Source of the DNA: Bacilli bacterium
Lineage (GTDB): Bacteria > Bacillota_I > Bacilli_A > RFN20 > CAG-826
NCBI GenBank assembly: GCA_024695235.1
Contig: JAILIP010000006.1
Coordinates: forward strand, 7,378-71,377
DNA: 64,000 nucleotides
Direction of reading: 5' to 3'
Positions 25,766 to 35,270 of the stretch are shown piece after piece. The position numbers and the translations under genes are program-made. The first letter of the stretch is position 1. Each line of letters begins with the position of its first letter. The notes below the pieces were generated by a model that was not told the DNA's origin, searched no databases, and saw nothing but the letters and a program-made list of their open reading frames with translations.

Positions 25766-26631
25766 TGGAAAAGATTCAAAAACTGAACGGCTTTATATTG
25801 AAGATACTTGCCATGGTCTTCATGACTTTGGACCATATTGGTATTTTTATGATGGCAAATCCAGATCCTACAATTGCAAAGGCTGGATTGGTGTTTAGAT
25901 GCATTGGAAGAGTATCATTCCCATTATTTGTTTTGTTGCTCACTGAAGGTATAAGACATTCGAAGAATGTCGGAATGTATATTTTGCGCATTTGCATGTT
26001 AGCAAGTGTTGTGATGATTGCAGAAGTTATCATCTATTATTTCATCGACTCTGCGATTGGAAGCGTCACATCCCCACTTATTGATTTGGCATTATGTGGA
26101 GTAACACTTATGTTATTGCATCGAAAAGATAAACTATCTTTCCTTGCCATTATTCCAATTGCATTTGTTCTTCTAGCGACAGGCATTCAAGTATTTGAAC
26201 TCGCTAAAGAAGTCAGCGTGAAATGGTTCCCGTTCTATATTAGACCTAGCTATTCATTGTTTGCTTTAGCATTATCCATTGGATTCTACTATGCATATGA
26301 TGTTGCACTTAAGATGTTTAAGGGTGCAAATCTTGATGAAGAAACTGCTAAAGAGACATTGTATTTTAGAAGAGTTGTGAATATTTCACAAATCATGGTG
26401 CTTTTTGTTGCAAACGTCATCATCTTTGTTCTCTCATTTATCGATGTGAATAACATCGCAATATTCGATATTTATATCGCATCAGTTGAGACATGGTCTT
26501 TGGCTGCTGCCCTACTAATTCTTTTCTATAATGGTGCACGCGGATATAATGCGAAATGGTTCAAATATGGATGTTATTTATATTTCCCGGTGCATATTGT
26601 TATCATATTTTTGTTATTTACATTATTATAA
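25762..26631 (+). CDS. TraX-family membrane protein
   Basis: 289-aa polytopic ORF. N-terminal LKILAMVFMTLDHIG is typical of TraX. ATGA overlap with the upstream gene. Confidence 0.7.
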   Translation: MMEKIQKLNGFILKILAMVFMTLDHIGIFMMANPDPTIAKAGLVFRCIGRVSFPLFVLLLTEGIRHSKNVGMYILRICMLASVVMIAEVIIYYFIDSAIGSVTSPLIDLALCGVTLMLLHRKDKLSFLAIIPIAFVLLATGIQVFELAKEVSVKWFPFYIRPSYSLFALALSIGFYYAYDVALKMFKGANLDEETAKETLYFRRVVNISQIMVLFVANVIIFVLSFIDVNNIAIFDIYIASVETWSLAAALLILFYNGARGYNAKWFKYGCYLYFPVHIVIIFLLFTLL

Positions 26632-26652
26632 AAGTGGAAAGAGGATATATTT

Positions 26653-26952
26653 ATGATCAAACACTTATCAAAACAAGATAACTTCGGAGAAGAAATTCAA
26701 GGCAAACTCGTTTTAGTCGATTTCTTTGCCACTTGGTGTGGACCATGCTCAATGCTCGCGCCAGTCATTGAAGACTTAGACAAAGAAATGGAAATTAAAG
26801 TCATCAAAGTTGACGTCGATGAACTTCCAGCAGTCGCTCAAAAGTTCAGAGTAATGTCAATTCCAACACTCGTCTTATTCAAAGATGGCAAGCCAGTTAA
26901 TGTCGCAACCGGTTATATGCCTCTAGAAAATTTACGCAACTTTGTGAAATAA
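26653..26952 (+). CDS. trxA: Thioredoxin
   Basis: 99 aa with the WCGPC active site, SIPT cis-Pro loop and a good RBS. Confidence 0.95.
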   Translation: MIKHLSKQDNFGEEIQGKLVLVDFFATWCGPCSMLAPVIEDLDKEMEIKVIKVDVDELPAVAQKFRVMSIPTLVLFKDGKPVNVATGYMPLENLRNFVK

Positions 26953-26997
26953 CTTTTATTTAACAAATAAGTGTGTTAAGATTTTAAGCACTGATTA

Positions 26998-27073
26998 GGA
27001 TCATTGGTCTATCGGTTTATGATGCCTCCCTGTCACGGAGGCGAGAGGGGTTCGACTCCCCTATGATCCGCCA
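26998..27073 (+). tRNA. tRNA-Asp(GUC)
   Basis: Acceptor GGATCAT/ATGATCC, anticodon loop CTGTCAC, T-loop GGTTCGACTCC, encoded CCA. Confidence 0.9.
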
Positions 27074-27080
27074 GGAAGCT

Positions 27081-27154
27081 GCAGATGTAGTTCAGTGGTA
27101 GAACATTAGCCTTCCAAGCTAATTATACGGGTTCGATTCCCGCCATCTGCTCCA
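27081..27154 (+). tRNA. tRNA-Gly(UCC)
   Basis: Acceptor GCAGATG/CATCTGC, anticodon loop CTTCCAA, T-loop GGTTCGATTCC, encoded CCA. Confidence 0.9.
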
Positions 27155-27163
27155 TTTGATATC

Positions 27164-27190
27164 AACAGTAGCTTTGCTACTGTTTTTTTT
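27164..27190 (+). terminator. Intrinsic terminator after the tRNA-Asp/Gly pair
   Basis: Stem AACAGTAGC / GCTACTGTT followed by T8. Confidence 0.8.
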
Positions 27191-27239
27191 ATTTTCATAG
27201 TATATTTCTAATATTTATATTAGACATTTACGTAATATA

Positions 27240-28298
27240 GTGTTTCAATATTTGTGTATGTGGGCGTATCCAGTTTCATTACTATCCTATGTCGTTGTAG
27301 CGGCTATTGTTGTCTTTCTTTCAATCAAGTTATCTGATTTTGTTGATTTGTTAGACAAAAAGACAAATCTATCAGGAGCACTTCTTGGAAGTATTCTTTT
27401 AGCAGCTGTTACCTCACTCCCAGAATTATTTACATCTATCACTGCTACTGTTTTGATTCACGATAATTCTCTTGTTTTGGGAAATATCTTAGGCAGTGAT
27501 ATTTTTAATATCACGTTATTCGCGATTGTATACATATTCTTCTTCAAGAAACTGGCAACAAGTAAAGTTGGAAAATTCCACCTCATTACTTTGATGTTTG
27601 TTGGTATTTTCTATGCAGTAACCACTATCGCATCATTTGTCTTTGACTTTAGAGGCATCCTCTGGGGTTGGTTTAACCCAATGAGCATTGCAATTGTTAT
27701 TATCTACGCTATTTGTGTTTGGAAAACCCCTAAGATTGAAGAACCTGATGATGAGGAAGAAGATGCTTCAAAATTAACGGTTAAACAAATCGCTTTGTTA
27801 TTCACATTATTTGCCATTCTTCTAATCGGTGCATCAATTGGTATTACATACCTCACAAGTTGGGTTGTTGATGTATATGGATTCGGTTCCACCTTTGGTG
27901 GTGCTTTATTCTTAGGTGTTGCAACATCACTTCCAGAGATGACATCCACAATCAACTTATGCAAGAAGAAAAACTTCAATGCTGCCTATGGAAACATCCT
28001 TGGAAGCTGTACATTTAATTTCATCATCTTGGCGCTTGCAGATGCCTTATCATTCAACACAAAAACGACATTATATAAAGCAGATCAATCATCATTCTTC
28101 CTACTTATCCTTGGTGGATTCTCTTTATTGATTGCACTTATCTCAATATTGATGACATTATCAAAGAGTTTTAGAGCCACTATTGCATATCGAATTATAT
28201 TCATTACATTTGGTATTCTTCTTATCGGAACATATGTCACTTTCTTAGTGCTTTCTAATATTGATTTAGGGTTATGGTTTGCCCCTTATAGTGTCTAG
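27240..28298 (+). CDS. CaCA-family (Na+/Ca2+ exchanger-like, YrbG-type) membrane transporter
   Basis: Two alpha-repeat motifs (GSILLAAVTSLPELFTS..GNILGSDIFN and GVATSLPEMTST..GNILGSCTFN). The start is uncertain: GTG at 27240 or ATG at 27258. Confidence 0.8.
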   Translation: MFQYLCMWAYPVSLLSYVVVAAIVVFLSIKLSDFVDLLDKKTNLSGALLGSILLAAVTSLPELFTSITATVLIHDNSLVLGNILGSDIFNITLFAIVYIFFFKKLATSKVGKFHLITLMFVGIFYAVTTIASFVFDFRGILWGWFNPMSIAIVIIYAICVWKTPKIEEPDDEEEDASKLTVKQIALLFTLFAILLIGASIGITYLTSWVVDVYGFGSTFGGALFLGVATSLPEMTSTINLCKKKNFNAAYGNILGSCTFNFIILALADALSFNTKTTLYKADQSSFFLLILGGFSLLIALISILMTLSKSFRATIAYRIIFITFGILLIGTYVTFLVLSNIDLGLWFAPYSV

Positions 28299-28309
28299 GA
28301 GTTTTTGCT

Positions 28310-28903
28310 ATGAAATTATTAGTTGCTACAAATAATGATCACAAGATTCATGAGTACAAAAAGATGTTCACTCAATACGGAATTGAAGTAGTTGCTCCGA
28401 AGGATCTTAACATTCATGATGATCCAGTTGAAGATGGTGATTCTTATGAGGCAAACTCCTTAATTAAGGCTAAAGCCTTACAAAAGTATTCTGATCTTCC
28501 AATTATCGCTGATGACTCCGGTTTAAATGTTGTTGCCTTAAACAATTTCCCAGGCATTTTCTCATCCAGATTTGCTAAAGAAAATGGCGGTAATGCAGTA
28601 GCTAATTTAAAACTAATTGAGATGCTAAAACCACACGAAGATAAAAGCGCATTTTTCACATGTGTCATCACTTTGTTAAATGTTGAAGATAAACCGGTTC
28701 AATTCAAAGGCATTTGTCCTGGATATATTCTTGATAAACCAGAGGGTGAAGGTGGCTTTGGATATGATCCTGTTTTCTATTCAAATAAAGCCAAAATGTG
28801 CTTTGGAATAGCTCCTGAAGAAGTAAAAAACAAATATTCTCATAGAGCGGAGGCTCTTAAACAATTAATCGAGTATTTAAAAGAAAAGAAACTTATCAAG
28901 TAA
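28310..28903 (+). CDS. rdgB: dITP/XTP pyrophosphatase (Ham1/RdgB)
   Basis: 197 aa. MKLLVATNNDHKIHE..., DDSGL, FGYDP and SHR motifs. Confidence 0.92.
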   Translation: MKLLVATNNDHKIHEYKKMFTQYGIEVVAPKDLNIHDDPVEDGDSYEANSLIKAKALQKYSDLPIIADDSGLNVVALNNFPGIFSSRFAKENGGNAVANLKLIEMLKPHEDKSAFFTCVITLLNVEDKPVQFKGICPGYILDKPEGEGGFGYDPVFYSNKAKMCFGIAPEEVKNKYSHRAEALKQLIEYLKEKKLIK

Positions 28904-28950
28904 TTTATTGTAGATAAAAATCAAACATTTGATATAATCTATGTTAGTTT

Positions 28951-29041
28951 GGAGCAGTACCCAAGAGGCTCAAGGGGACGGTTTGCTAAACCGTTAGATC
29001 GGGTTACTGGTGCGAGGGTTCGAATCCCTCCTGCTCCGCCA
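28951..29041 (+). tRNA. tRNA-Ser(GCU)
   Basis: Acceptor GGAGCAG/CTGCTCC, anticodon loop TTGCTAA, long variable arm, encoded CCA. Extended -10 TGATATAAT lies upstream. Confidence 0.9.
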
Positions 29042-29053
29042 CGAAGCAAAAAT

Positions 29054-29080
29054 CAGTAGCTTGGTCTACTGTTTTTCTTT
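29054..29080 (+). terminator. Intrinsic terminator after tRNA-Ser(GCU)
   Basis: Stem CAGTAG / CTACTG followed by TTTTTCTTTT. Confidence 0.7.
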
Positions 29081-29166
29081 TACATTATGTGCGCTTAACG
29101 CTAATAATTATGCGTGTTGATATACAAAACAAATTATTTTATAATTCTTTCGTATATTTTCGAATA

Positions 29167-31065
29167 ATGGACGCTGTTAAAAAATCAAAAAAGAAAATCA
29201 TAATTGAGAGGGTTGTTATCCTTCTTGTAGCTCTTGGAGTCATCGGTTTACTTGTATATTTCTTAAGTGGAACATTTTTTCCATTTATTAAGTTAGAGAT
29301 TGCTAGAGATTTTGATGGTGCAAAAGAATTATTGGCATCCAAAGGTTGGATTGGTTTTATCACTGTCAGTGTTATTGAAGCCTTACAGATGGTAGTTATT
29401 TTTATTCCAGCTGAATTTATTCAACTCACTAGTGGAATGGCCTATCCTTGGTGGATAGCAATTATCCTTTGCGATATCGGGGTTATTCTTGGATCTACAA
29501 TTATTTACTTTTTAGTAAATATTTTTAAGTTTGATGGTGATATCTTTAATCGTTCAAGTAAGATTGAAAAGTACGCAAGACTATCAAGAAGTAACTCAAC
29601 AATGGCATTGATGTATGTTTTGTTTATCATGCCAATCATTCCTTTTGGTGCGATTTGCTACTATGGATCAAGTAAGAAGGTTCCATATTGGAAATATGTT
29701 ATTACATGTGGAACCGGGGTTATTCCTTCTATAGCTACATCAATATTGATGGGCACAGCGGTTAAAGAGTTCATTGCTAACTCCATACCAATTTGGTTAC
29801 TTGTTCTTATCATCATCGGAGCTGCAGCAATACTTTTTGTCTTGCTTGCTTTTGTTCTCCACCACTTTTTCTTTAAGCAAAACGAAAATACTCCCTACTC
29901 TTGGTACTATGGCTTAATGGCAACTGTCATGAGAATTTTCACTGGCTTTTTTGTTAGATATCATACGATCAACAAAGAAGCTGTTAAGGAACTTGAAGGA
30001 TCATATTTGCTTTTAGCAAACCATCATGCTTGGTTTGACTTTATGGGCATATATTATCTTGATAAAGATCAACGTTATTCAATTGTCTCTAACAACTACA
30101 TTCTAAGGTTGCCATTTTTGGGTAGATGGCTTAAAAAGTCAGGTGCTATTCCTAAAAAGATGTTCACTGTTGATATTAATTGCATCAAGGGAATACTTAA
30201 AGCTAAGAAAGATGGTTATCCAATTTTAATGTTCCCAGAAGCAAGACTTTCTACCGATGGTGGACACTCAATGATAAATCCAAGCATTGTAAAACTTATA
30301 AGAAAACTTAATATCCCTTTAGTTTTAGTGCAACTTCGTAATGCTTATTTTGTTATGCCAAAATGGAGAGGCACGATGAAAAGAGGAAGATTTGATAGTG
30401 AAGTAAAAGTAGTCCTTAAGCCAGAAACATATGCTTCAATGAGCGATGAGGAGCTTTTAAATATCATCGAATCAAACCTTTATTTCAACGAATTCGAAAA
30501 CGAAAACATTGTTGCGAAAGGAAGAAATAAGGCTCATGGCCTTGAACACATCTTGTATCGCTGCCCACATTGTGGAGAATTCTACTCAAATGTTACCAAG
30601 GGTAACACAATGACTTGTTCAAAATGTGGAACAACTTATGAAATAGATAACCATTATCAATTTAAAGATGGCGAATATAAAAATATTCATGATTACTATC
30701 AAGCGATCAAGGAATATGAAAAAGAACATATTAATGAAACAAAAATTGATGTTGAAGTAGACACAAAGATCTTTACAGATGGGGTTAAAGAACCACGTCT
30801 TGAAAAAGGCACATTCCATTTAGATGTTGATGGAGTAAGATACGAGAACGAAAACGGACTTGTATTTGAATTCAAAAACCATGAATTAGAAGGCATTCCT
30901 TATTCAGTAAATGAAGAATTTGAAATGTATTTCAATAACGAACTATATTACTTTTATCCAACTAATGTTGATAGAAGTGTTTGCACAAGAATTGCATTAG
31001 TGTTTGAAATTAAAAAGGAGTTAGAAGAATATGAGCGAAGAAGTTGTTCAAAAGAAAACGAATAA
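29167..31065 (+). CDS. Fusion protein: TVP38/TMEM64 (DedA-related) membrane domain, PlsC-type acyltransferase, and C-terminal zinc-ribbon domain
   Basis: N-terminal ~230 aa are polytopic. Acyltransferase motifs NHHAWFD (HX4D) and FPEARLS. CPHCG...CSKCG ribbon. Start set at the ATG at 29167, because the track start (GTG 29089) would overlap the tRNA terminator region. No clear RBS. Confidence 0.7.
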   Translation: MDAVKKSKKKIIIERVVILLVALGVIGLLVYFLSGTFFPFIKLEIARDFDGAKELLASKGWIGFITVSVIEALQMVVIFIPAEFIQLTSGMAYPWWIAIILCDIGVILGSTIIYFLVNIFKFDGDIFNRSSKIEKYARLSRSNSTMALMYVLFIMPIIPFGAICYYGSSKKVPYWKYVITCGTGVIPSIATSILMGTAVKEFIANSIPIWLLVLIIIGAAAILFVLLAFVLHHFFFKQNENTPYSWYYGLMATVMRIFTGFFVRYHTINKEAVKELEGSYLLLANHHAWFDFMGIYYLDKDQRYSIVSNNYILRLPFLGRWLKKSGAIPKKMFTVDINCIKGILKAKKDGYPILMFPEARLSTDGGHSMINPSIVKLIRKLNIPLVLVQLRNAYFVMPKWRGTMKRGRFDSEVKVVLKPETYASMSDEELLNIIESNLYFNEFENENIVAKGRNKAHGLEHILYRCPHCGEFYSNVTKGNTMTCSKCGTTYEIDNHYQFKDGEYKNIHDYYQAIKEYEKEHINETKIDVEVDTKIFTDGVKEPRLEKGTFHLDVDGVRYENENGLVFEFKNHELEGIPYSVNEEFEMYFNNELYYFYPTNVDRSVCTRIALVFEIKKELEEYERRSCSKENE

Positions 31066-32467
31066 TAAACTCATAAACATTTCTCAAAAAACGTTTATTT
31101 CCGTTTTAATCATGCTCTTTTCTTTGATGATTGTAGCGATCGTTTTAACATACGTTCTTCCTAAAGGAGAGTTCGGAGTAGCAGATGGAGTTACCAACTA
31201 TGGTGAATATATCGCTTTAGAAAACGCAAAAGGTATTCCAATTTGGAAAGGATTGCTCGCTCCATTCATGCAACTAGGAGGAAGCGATGGTTTAAGCATC
31301 ATCATGCTTTCACTCTTCTTGGTTGTCATTGCGGGTGCCTTCCAGGCAATGAACGATAATAACGGTATCAAAGTTATCGTTAATCGCATTATTGCTAGAT
31401 TCAAAGCACATCAGTTCTTGCTGTTAGCAATTATTGCTTTGATTTTCATGCTTTTTGGCTCTTTCCTCGGGCTTTTTGAGGAAATGCTTACCCTTTTACC
31501 AATTATTGTTATTTTGTGCGTATCCATAGGATATGACTCATTTACAGGTTTCTTAGTTTCTATCGTCGCTTGTGGCTTTGGCTTTTCAAGTGCGATTACA
31601 AATCCATTCACTGTTTTGTTTGCTTCTCAAATTATGGGCATCAATCCAATGAGTGCGGTTTGGTATAGAATCATCGTCTTCGTTGTAATGTATGGAGTGA
31701 TGCTTCTTGCTATCTTCTTATATACAAGGCTCATAAAAAAGCATCCTGAGAAATCATTGACCACCGCTCACGATGAAAAGATTAAAGATCAGATATTTGA
31801 AGAAGTTGAGATTCAAAATGAAAAGAAGATATTTATATCTTATCTTATCTTCTTTTTAGTTGCTCTAGCAGTTATTATTGTCTTTTCATGTATAAATGCA
31901 ATTAGAGACTACACAGTTGTTGCTTTGATTGCTGTATTCCTCATTGGTGGTTTATTAGCCGCTCTAATTTCATCAAACTTCAATTTCAAGTTAACATTCA
32001 AATCATTTGGCAAGGGTGCACTAAGTGCTCTTCCAACTGTCACCTTTATTCTTTTAGCGGCATCAATTAAATATGTCTTAGTAGAAGGACACATTCTTCC
32101 AACAATTGCCCATTCAATCAACACAGTTGTCGAAGGAAAGAACCCATATGCTCTAGCACTTCTACTATTTGCAATCATTATTGTTTTAGAATTCTTCATT
32201 TCAAGCAGCACCGCTAAAGCGATGTTTGTGATGTCTATTTTAAGTGTCTTGACTTTGTCAATTTCCAAAGAGAGTCAGGTTCTTATCTATCTATTTGCAG
32301 ATGGATACACTAATTTATTATTCCCAACCTCCCCTGTATTATTGATAGGATTATCAATGATCGAGGTTTCATATTTTAAATGGCTTAAAAAATCATGGCC
32401 ATTATTCTTGGTAACCTTTAGCTTGGTTGTGGTATTTATTGTGATTGCTGTGGCAATCCATCTATAG
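31031..32467 (+). CDS. YfcC/DcuC-type anion-permease-superfamily membrane transporter
   Basis: 478-aa polytopic ORF with a YfcC-like N-terminus (...ISQKTFISVLIMLFSLMIVAIVLTYVLPKGEFG). AAGGAG upstream. 35-nt overlap with the upstream gene. Confidence 0.65.
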   Translation: MSEEVVQKKTNNKLINISQKTFISVLIMLFSLMIVAIVLTYVLPKGEFGVADGVTNYGEYIALENAKGIPIWKGLLAPFMQLGGSDGLSIIMLSLFLVVIAGAFQAMNDNNGIKVIVNRIIARFKAHQFLLLAIIALIFMLFGSFLGLFEEMLTLLPIIVILCVSIGYDSFTGFLVSIVACGFGFSSAITNPFTVLFASQIMGINPMSAVWYRIIVFVVMYGVMLLAIFLYTRLIKKHPEKSLTTAHDEKIKDQIFEEVEIQNEKKIFISYLIFFLVALAVIIVFSCINAIRDYTVVALIAVFLIGGLLAALISSNFNFKLTFKSFGKGALSALPTVTFILLAASIKYVLVEGHILPTIAHSINTVVEGKNPYALALLLFAIIIVLEFFISSSTAKAMFVMSILSVLTLSISKESQVLIYLFADGYTNLLFPTSPVLLIGLSMIEVSYFKWLKKSWPLFLVTFSLVVVFIVIAVAIHL

Positions 32468-32478
32468 GAGGTGTACTC

Positions 32479-33465
32479 ATGTATACACGTTCACTTAAAG
32501 ACTATTTGAAAAGTCTTAAATTCTATTTTACTCCATTAGGAGTAATGTCAATCTTCTGCCTGATTGGTTTTGTTGTTTTTATCAAAGGAACTACAACAGC
32601 TATTTCTGACTTATTCAGTGATGTTGGAAAGATTGTTGGTGAAACATCAATTCAATTTAAATGGGGAGAAATTTGGCAAACGATCTGGGGCGCTATTAAA
32701 GCAGTCGATTGGAGTGGAGGCATCATTGCTGGCATTAAGTCAATGCTAAACAAAGATTGGCTCACATCCACATTATATGCCGCTTTAGGTGATGTCTTTG
32801 GTGATCTTAAAGATGTCGTTGATCAAGTCATGAGTGCTATTAGCATTTGTGTTGGTAAAATTGCTACCTATTTTGTTACTGCTTTAGTATTAAACTTAGT
32901 TGGTATTGTTGTCGGATACATCATTCTATCCTTCTTAGTAAGAAGAGAACTCACTCAAATCACAATTGGAAAATTGCTTTTATTAAGCTTTATTGATTTA
33001 GGTGTTGTTGCTTCAACATTTATTATCGCTAATCTCATGGGAAAATTATGGGGTCCATTAGGATTCATATTCTTCCTCATTGGAATTGTTGGAGGAGAAG
33101 TATTCTCTGTCTTAGAAGCATTCTGGTTCTTCGGCAGAGGCAAAGTCACTCTTAAAGAGTTAATTAAACCTAAGAATGTTGGTTTCCTCCTTTTAGGAGA
33201 CTTAACAGTTATTGCTATCGGAATTGTGTTATTTGTCATCCTATTCTTTGTCGTTAATCCAATTATTGCAATTTATCTTGGAGTACCACTTGTAGAACTC
33301 ACCACTATTGTAATTGGTCTTACAGGGGAAACTTATGTTTTAGAAGCTATCGGTTACGATAAAGATGAATGGAAAAAAGAACATAAGAAACTTAAAAAAG
33401 CTAAAAAGGCTTCAAAGAAAGCAGAAAAAATAGAAAAGAAAGCTCTTAAACACAAAGAAGCGTAA
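32479..33465 (+). CDS. Hypothetical polytopic membrane protein with a Lys-rich C-terminal tail
   Basis: 328 aa with at least 5 hydrophobic segments and tail KKEHKKLKKAKKASKKAEKIEKKALKHKEA. AGGAGG RBS. Confidence 0.6.
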   Translation: MYTRSLKDYLKSLKFYFTPLGVMSIFCLIGFVVFIKGTTTAISDLFSDVGKIVGETSIQFKWGEIWQTIWGAIKAVDWSGGIIAGIKSMLNKDWLTSTLYAALGDVFGDLKDVVDQVMSAISICVGKIATYFVTALVLNLVGIVVGYIILSFLVRRELTQITIGKLLLLSFIDLGVVASTFIIANLMGKLWGPLGFIFFLIGIVGGEVFSVLEAFWFFGRGKVTLKELIKPKNVGFLLLGDLTVIAIGIVLFVILFFVVNPIIAIYLGVPLVELTTIVIGLTGETYVLEAIGYDKDEWKKEHKKLKKAKKASKKAEKIEKKALKHKEA

Positions 33466-33467
33466 GG

Positions 33468-34850
33468 ATGAAAAAACTATTTGGGCAAATTGATCTTACC
33501 AAAGGTAATATTGCAAAGAATCTCGTATTGTTTGCATTACCATTTTTCATCTCATATTTTCTTAACTCACTTTATTCAGCAATTGATCTAATTTTCATTG
33601 GTCAATTCTCTGATACATATAACATTGCCGCAGTTAGTAGCGGCACAACTATCATGTTTGCCATTAACTCTGTTATCGCTGGTTTAGCTACTGGTGGGAC
33701 AGTTGTTATCGGTCAATATTTTGGTGCTAAAAACAAAGACATAAATGTAGTTACAAAGAATCTTGTTATCTACATGGCAATCGTTGCGATATCACTTTTA
33801 GTGATAATGCTTGGATTATTCTTCTTTATTCCTAAGTGGATGCAGCTAGATGAAGGCGCACTTAGAATCTCAAGAATGTATCTATTTATCCTTGTTCTAG
33901 GGATACCTTTATACACCGGATACACAACTGTATCAGCAATACTTAGAGGACTCGGAAATTCATTCGCTCCATTTATCTTCTTTTCACTTGCTGTTGTCAC
34001 TAATATTGGTCTAGACGCTTTGTTTGTAATTGTCTTAAAACAAGGCGCTGTTGGAGCAGCCTTTGCAACATTGATTGGACAAGCAGTTGGACTTATATCA
34101 TCTTTGGTCTATCTCTTCTTAAAGAAACTCCCTTATAAAGTCAGTTTTAGAAATCTTAAAATGGATAGATCTATCATTAGAGAAATTGTTAAATGTGGAT
34201 TACCTATCGCAATTCAAGATGGATTGGTTATTATTTCATTTGCAATAATTCTAGCTGCAGTTAGTGTTAGAGGCGTTAATTACACTTCTGCTGTTGGAGT
34301 AACAGATAGAGTCACTAGCTTTGGTTTTGTACCACTAAGTGCAATTGGTAGTGCAGTATCCACTGCTACTGCTCAAAACATGGGAGCAGGAAACGTTAAT
34401 AACGCTAAAAAGTACATGCTCTGGGGGCTACTAGTATGCATCATCAGCGGCGGTATCATTGGCATTTTGTGCCAAGTTATACCAGAACAGCTTGCATCAA
34501 TATTCGCCGGAGGCAACATAGAGGCAAGGGATATTGCTGTTCCATACATCAGATCCACATCGCTTGATATATTCGTGTGCACCTTAGTGTTCCCAATTAA
34601 TGCGATATTTATTGGATCAGGAAAAACAATATTTGCGATGTCTCAAAACTTAGGTGTCACTTTCGCTGTGCGTGTACCTGTAGCACTCGTGCTCGCAGTA
34701 GTCCTAAACGCATCTATGTATGTCGTAGGACTTGCATATGCTATATCAACCGTATTTTCTCTTATCGCCTGTATCATTTACTATTTCATGCGAAGATGGG
34801 AAAATACAAAAACATTATCAGTCAACATTGTTGAGGAGGAAAAAGCATGA
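33468..34850 (+). CDS. MATE-family efflux transporter
   Basis: 460 aa, 12-TM pattern, and N-terminal GNIAKNLVLFALPFFISYFLNSLYSAIDLIFIGQ typical of MATE. Confidence 0.85.
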   Translation: MKKLFGQIDLTKGNIAKNLVLFALPFFISYFLNSLYSAIDLIFIGQFSDTYNIAAVSSGTTIMFAINSVIAGLATGGTVVIGQYFGAKNKDINVVTKNLVIYMAIVAISLLVIMLGLFFFIPKWMQLDEGALRISRMYLFILVLGIPLYTGYTTVSAILRGLGNSFAPFIFFSLAVVTNIGLDALFVIVLKQGAVGAAFATLIGQAVGLISSLVYLFLKKLPYKVSFRNLKMDRSIIREIVKCGLPIAIQDGLVIISFAIILAAVSVRGVNYTSAVGVTDRVTSFGFVPLSAIGSAVSTATAQNMGAGNVNNAKKYMLWGLLVCIISGGIIGILCQVIPEQLASIFAGGNIEARDIAVPYIRSTSLDIFVCTLVFPINAIFIGSGKTIFAMSQNLGVTFAVRVPVALVLAVVLNASMYVVGLAYAISTVFSLIACIIYYFMRRWENTKTLSVNIVEEEKA

Positions 34851-35239
34851 GACCAGTTATTCTAACAATTATGTGTATGGTAGAAGATAATAACGGGAGA
34901 ATTCTCGTAGAGAATCGTCTTAAAAAAGATTGGCCAGGATTAACTTTTCCCGGAGGACATGTTGAAGATGATGAAACATGTGAAGAAGCCTGCATTCGTG
35001 AAATAAAAGAAGAGACAGGCTTAGAAGTTAGCGATCTTATAGAGATGGGCCACATTGAATGGAATAATGAATTCGGTGATGGTCTACGTCACTTCTCAAT
35101 GTTATATAAGACAAAAACTTATAAAGGAAAACTTAAATCTTCTAAAGAAGGTGAAGTGTTCTTTGTTGATAAAAAGGATTTAAACAAGTATCCATTCTCA
35201 AACGACTTTGATAAGATACTTGCGATAATGCTTAAGTAA
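34847..35239 (+). CDS. NUDIX hydrolase
   Basis: Nudix box GGHVEDDETCEEACIREIKEETGLEV. ATGA overlap with the MATE gene. Confidence 0.9.
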   Translation: MRPVILTIMCMVEDNNGRILVENRLKKDWPGLTFPGGHVEDDETCEEACIREIKEETGLEVSDLIEMGHIEWNNEFGDGLRHFSMLYKTKTYKGKLKSSKEGEVFFVDKKDLNKYPFSNDFDKILAIMLK

Positions 35240-35270
35240 AAGAAAAGGTGTGCATCGCACACCTCTTTTA

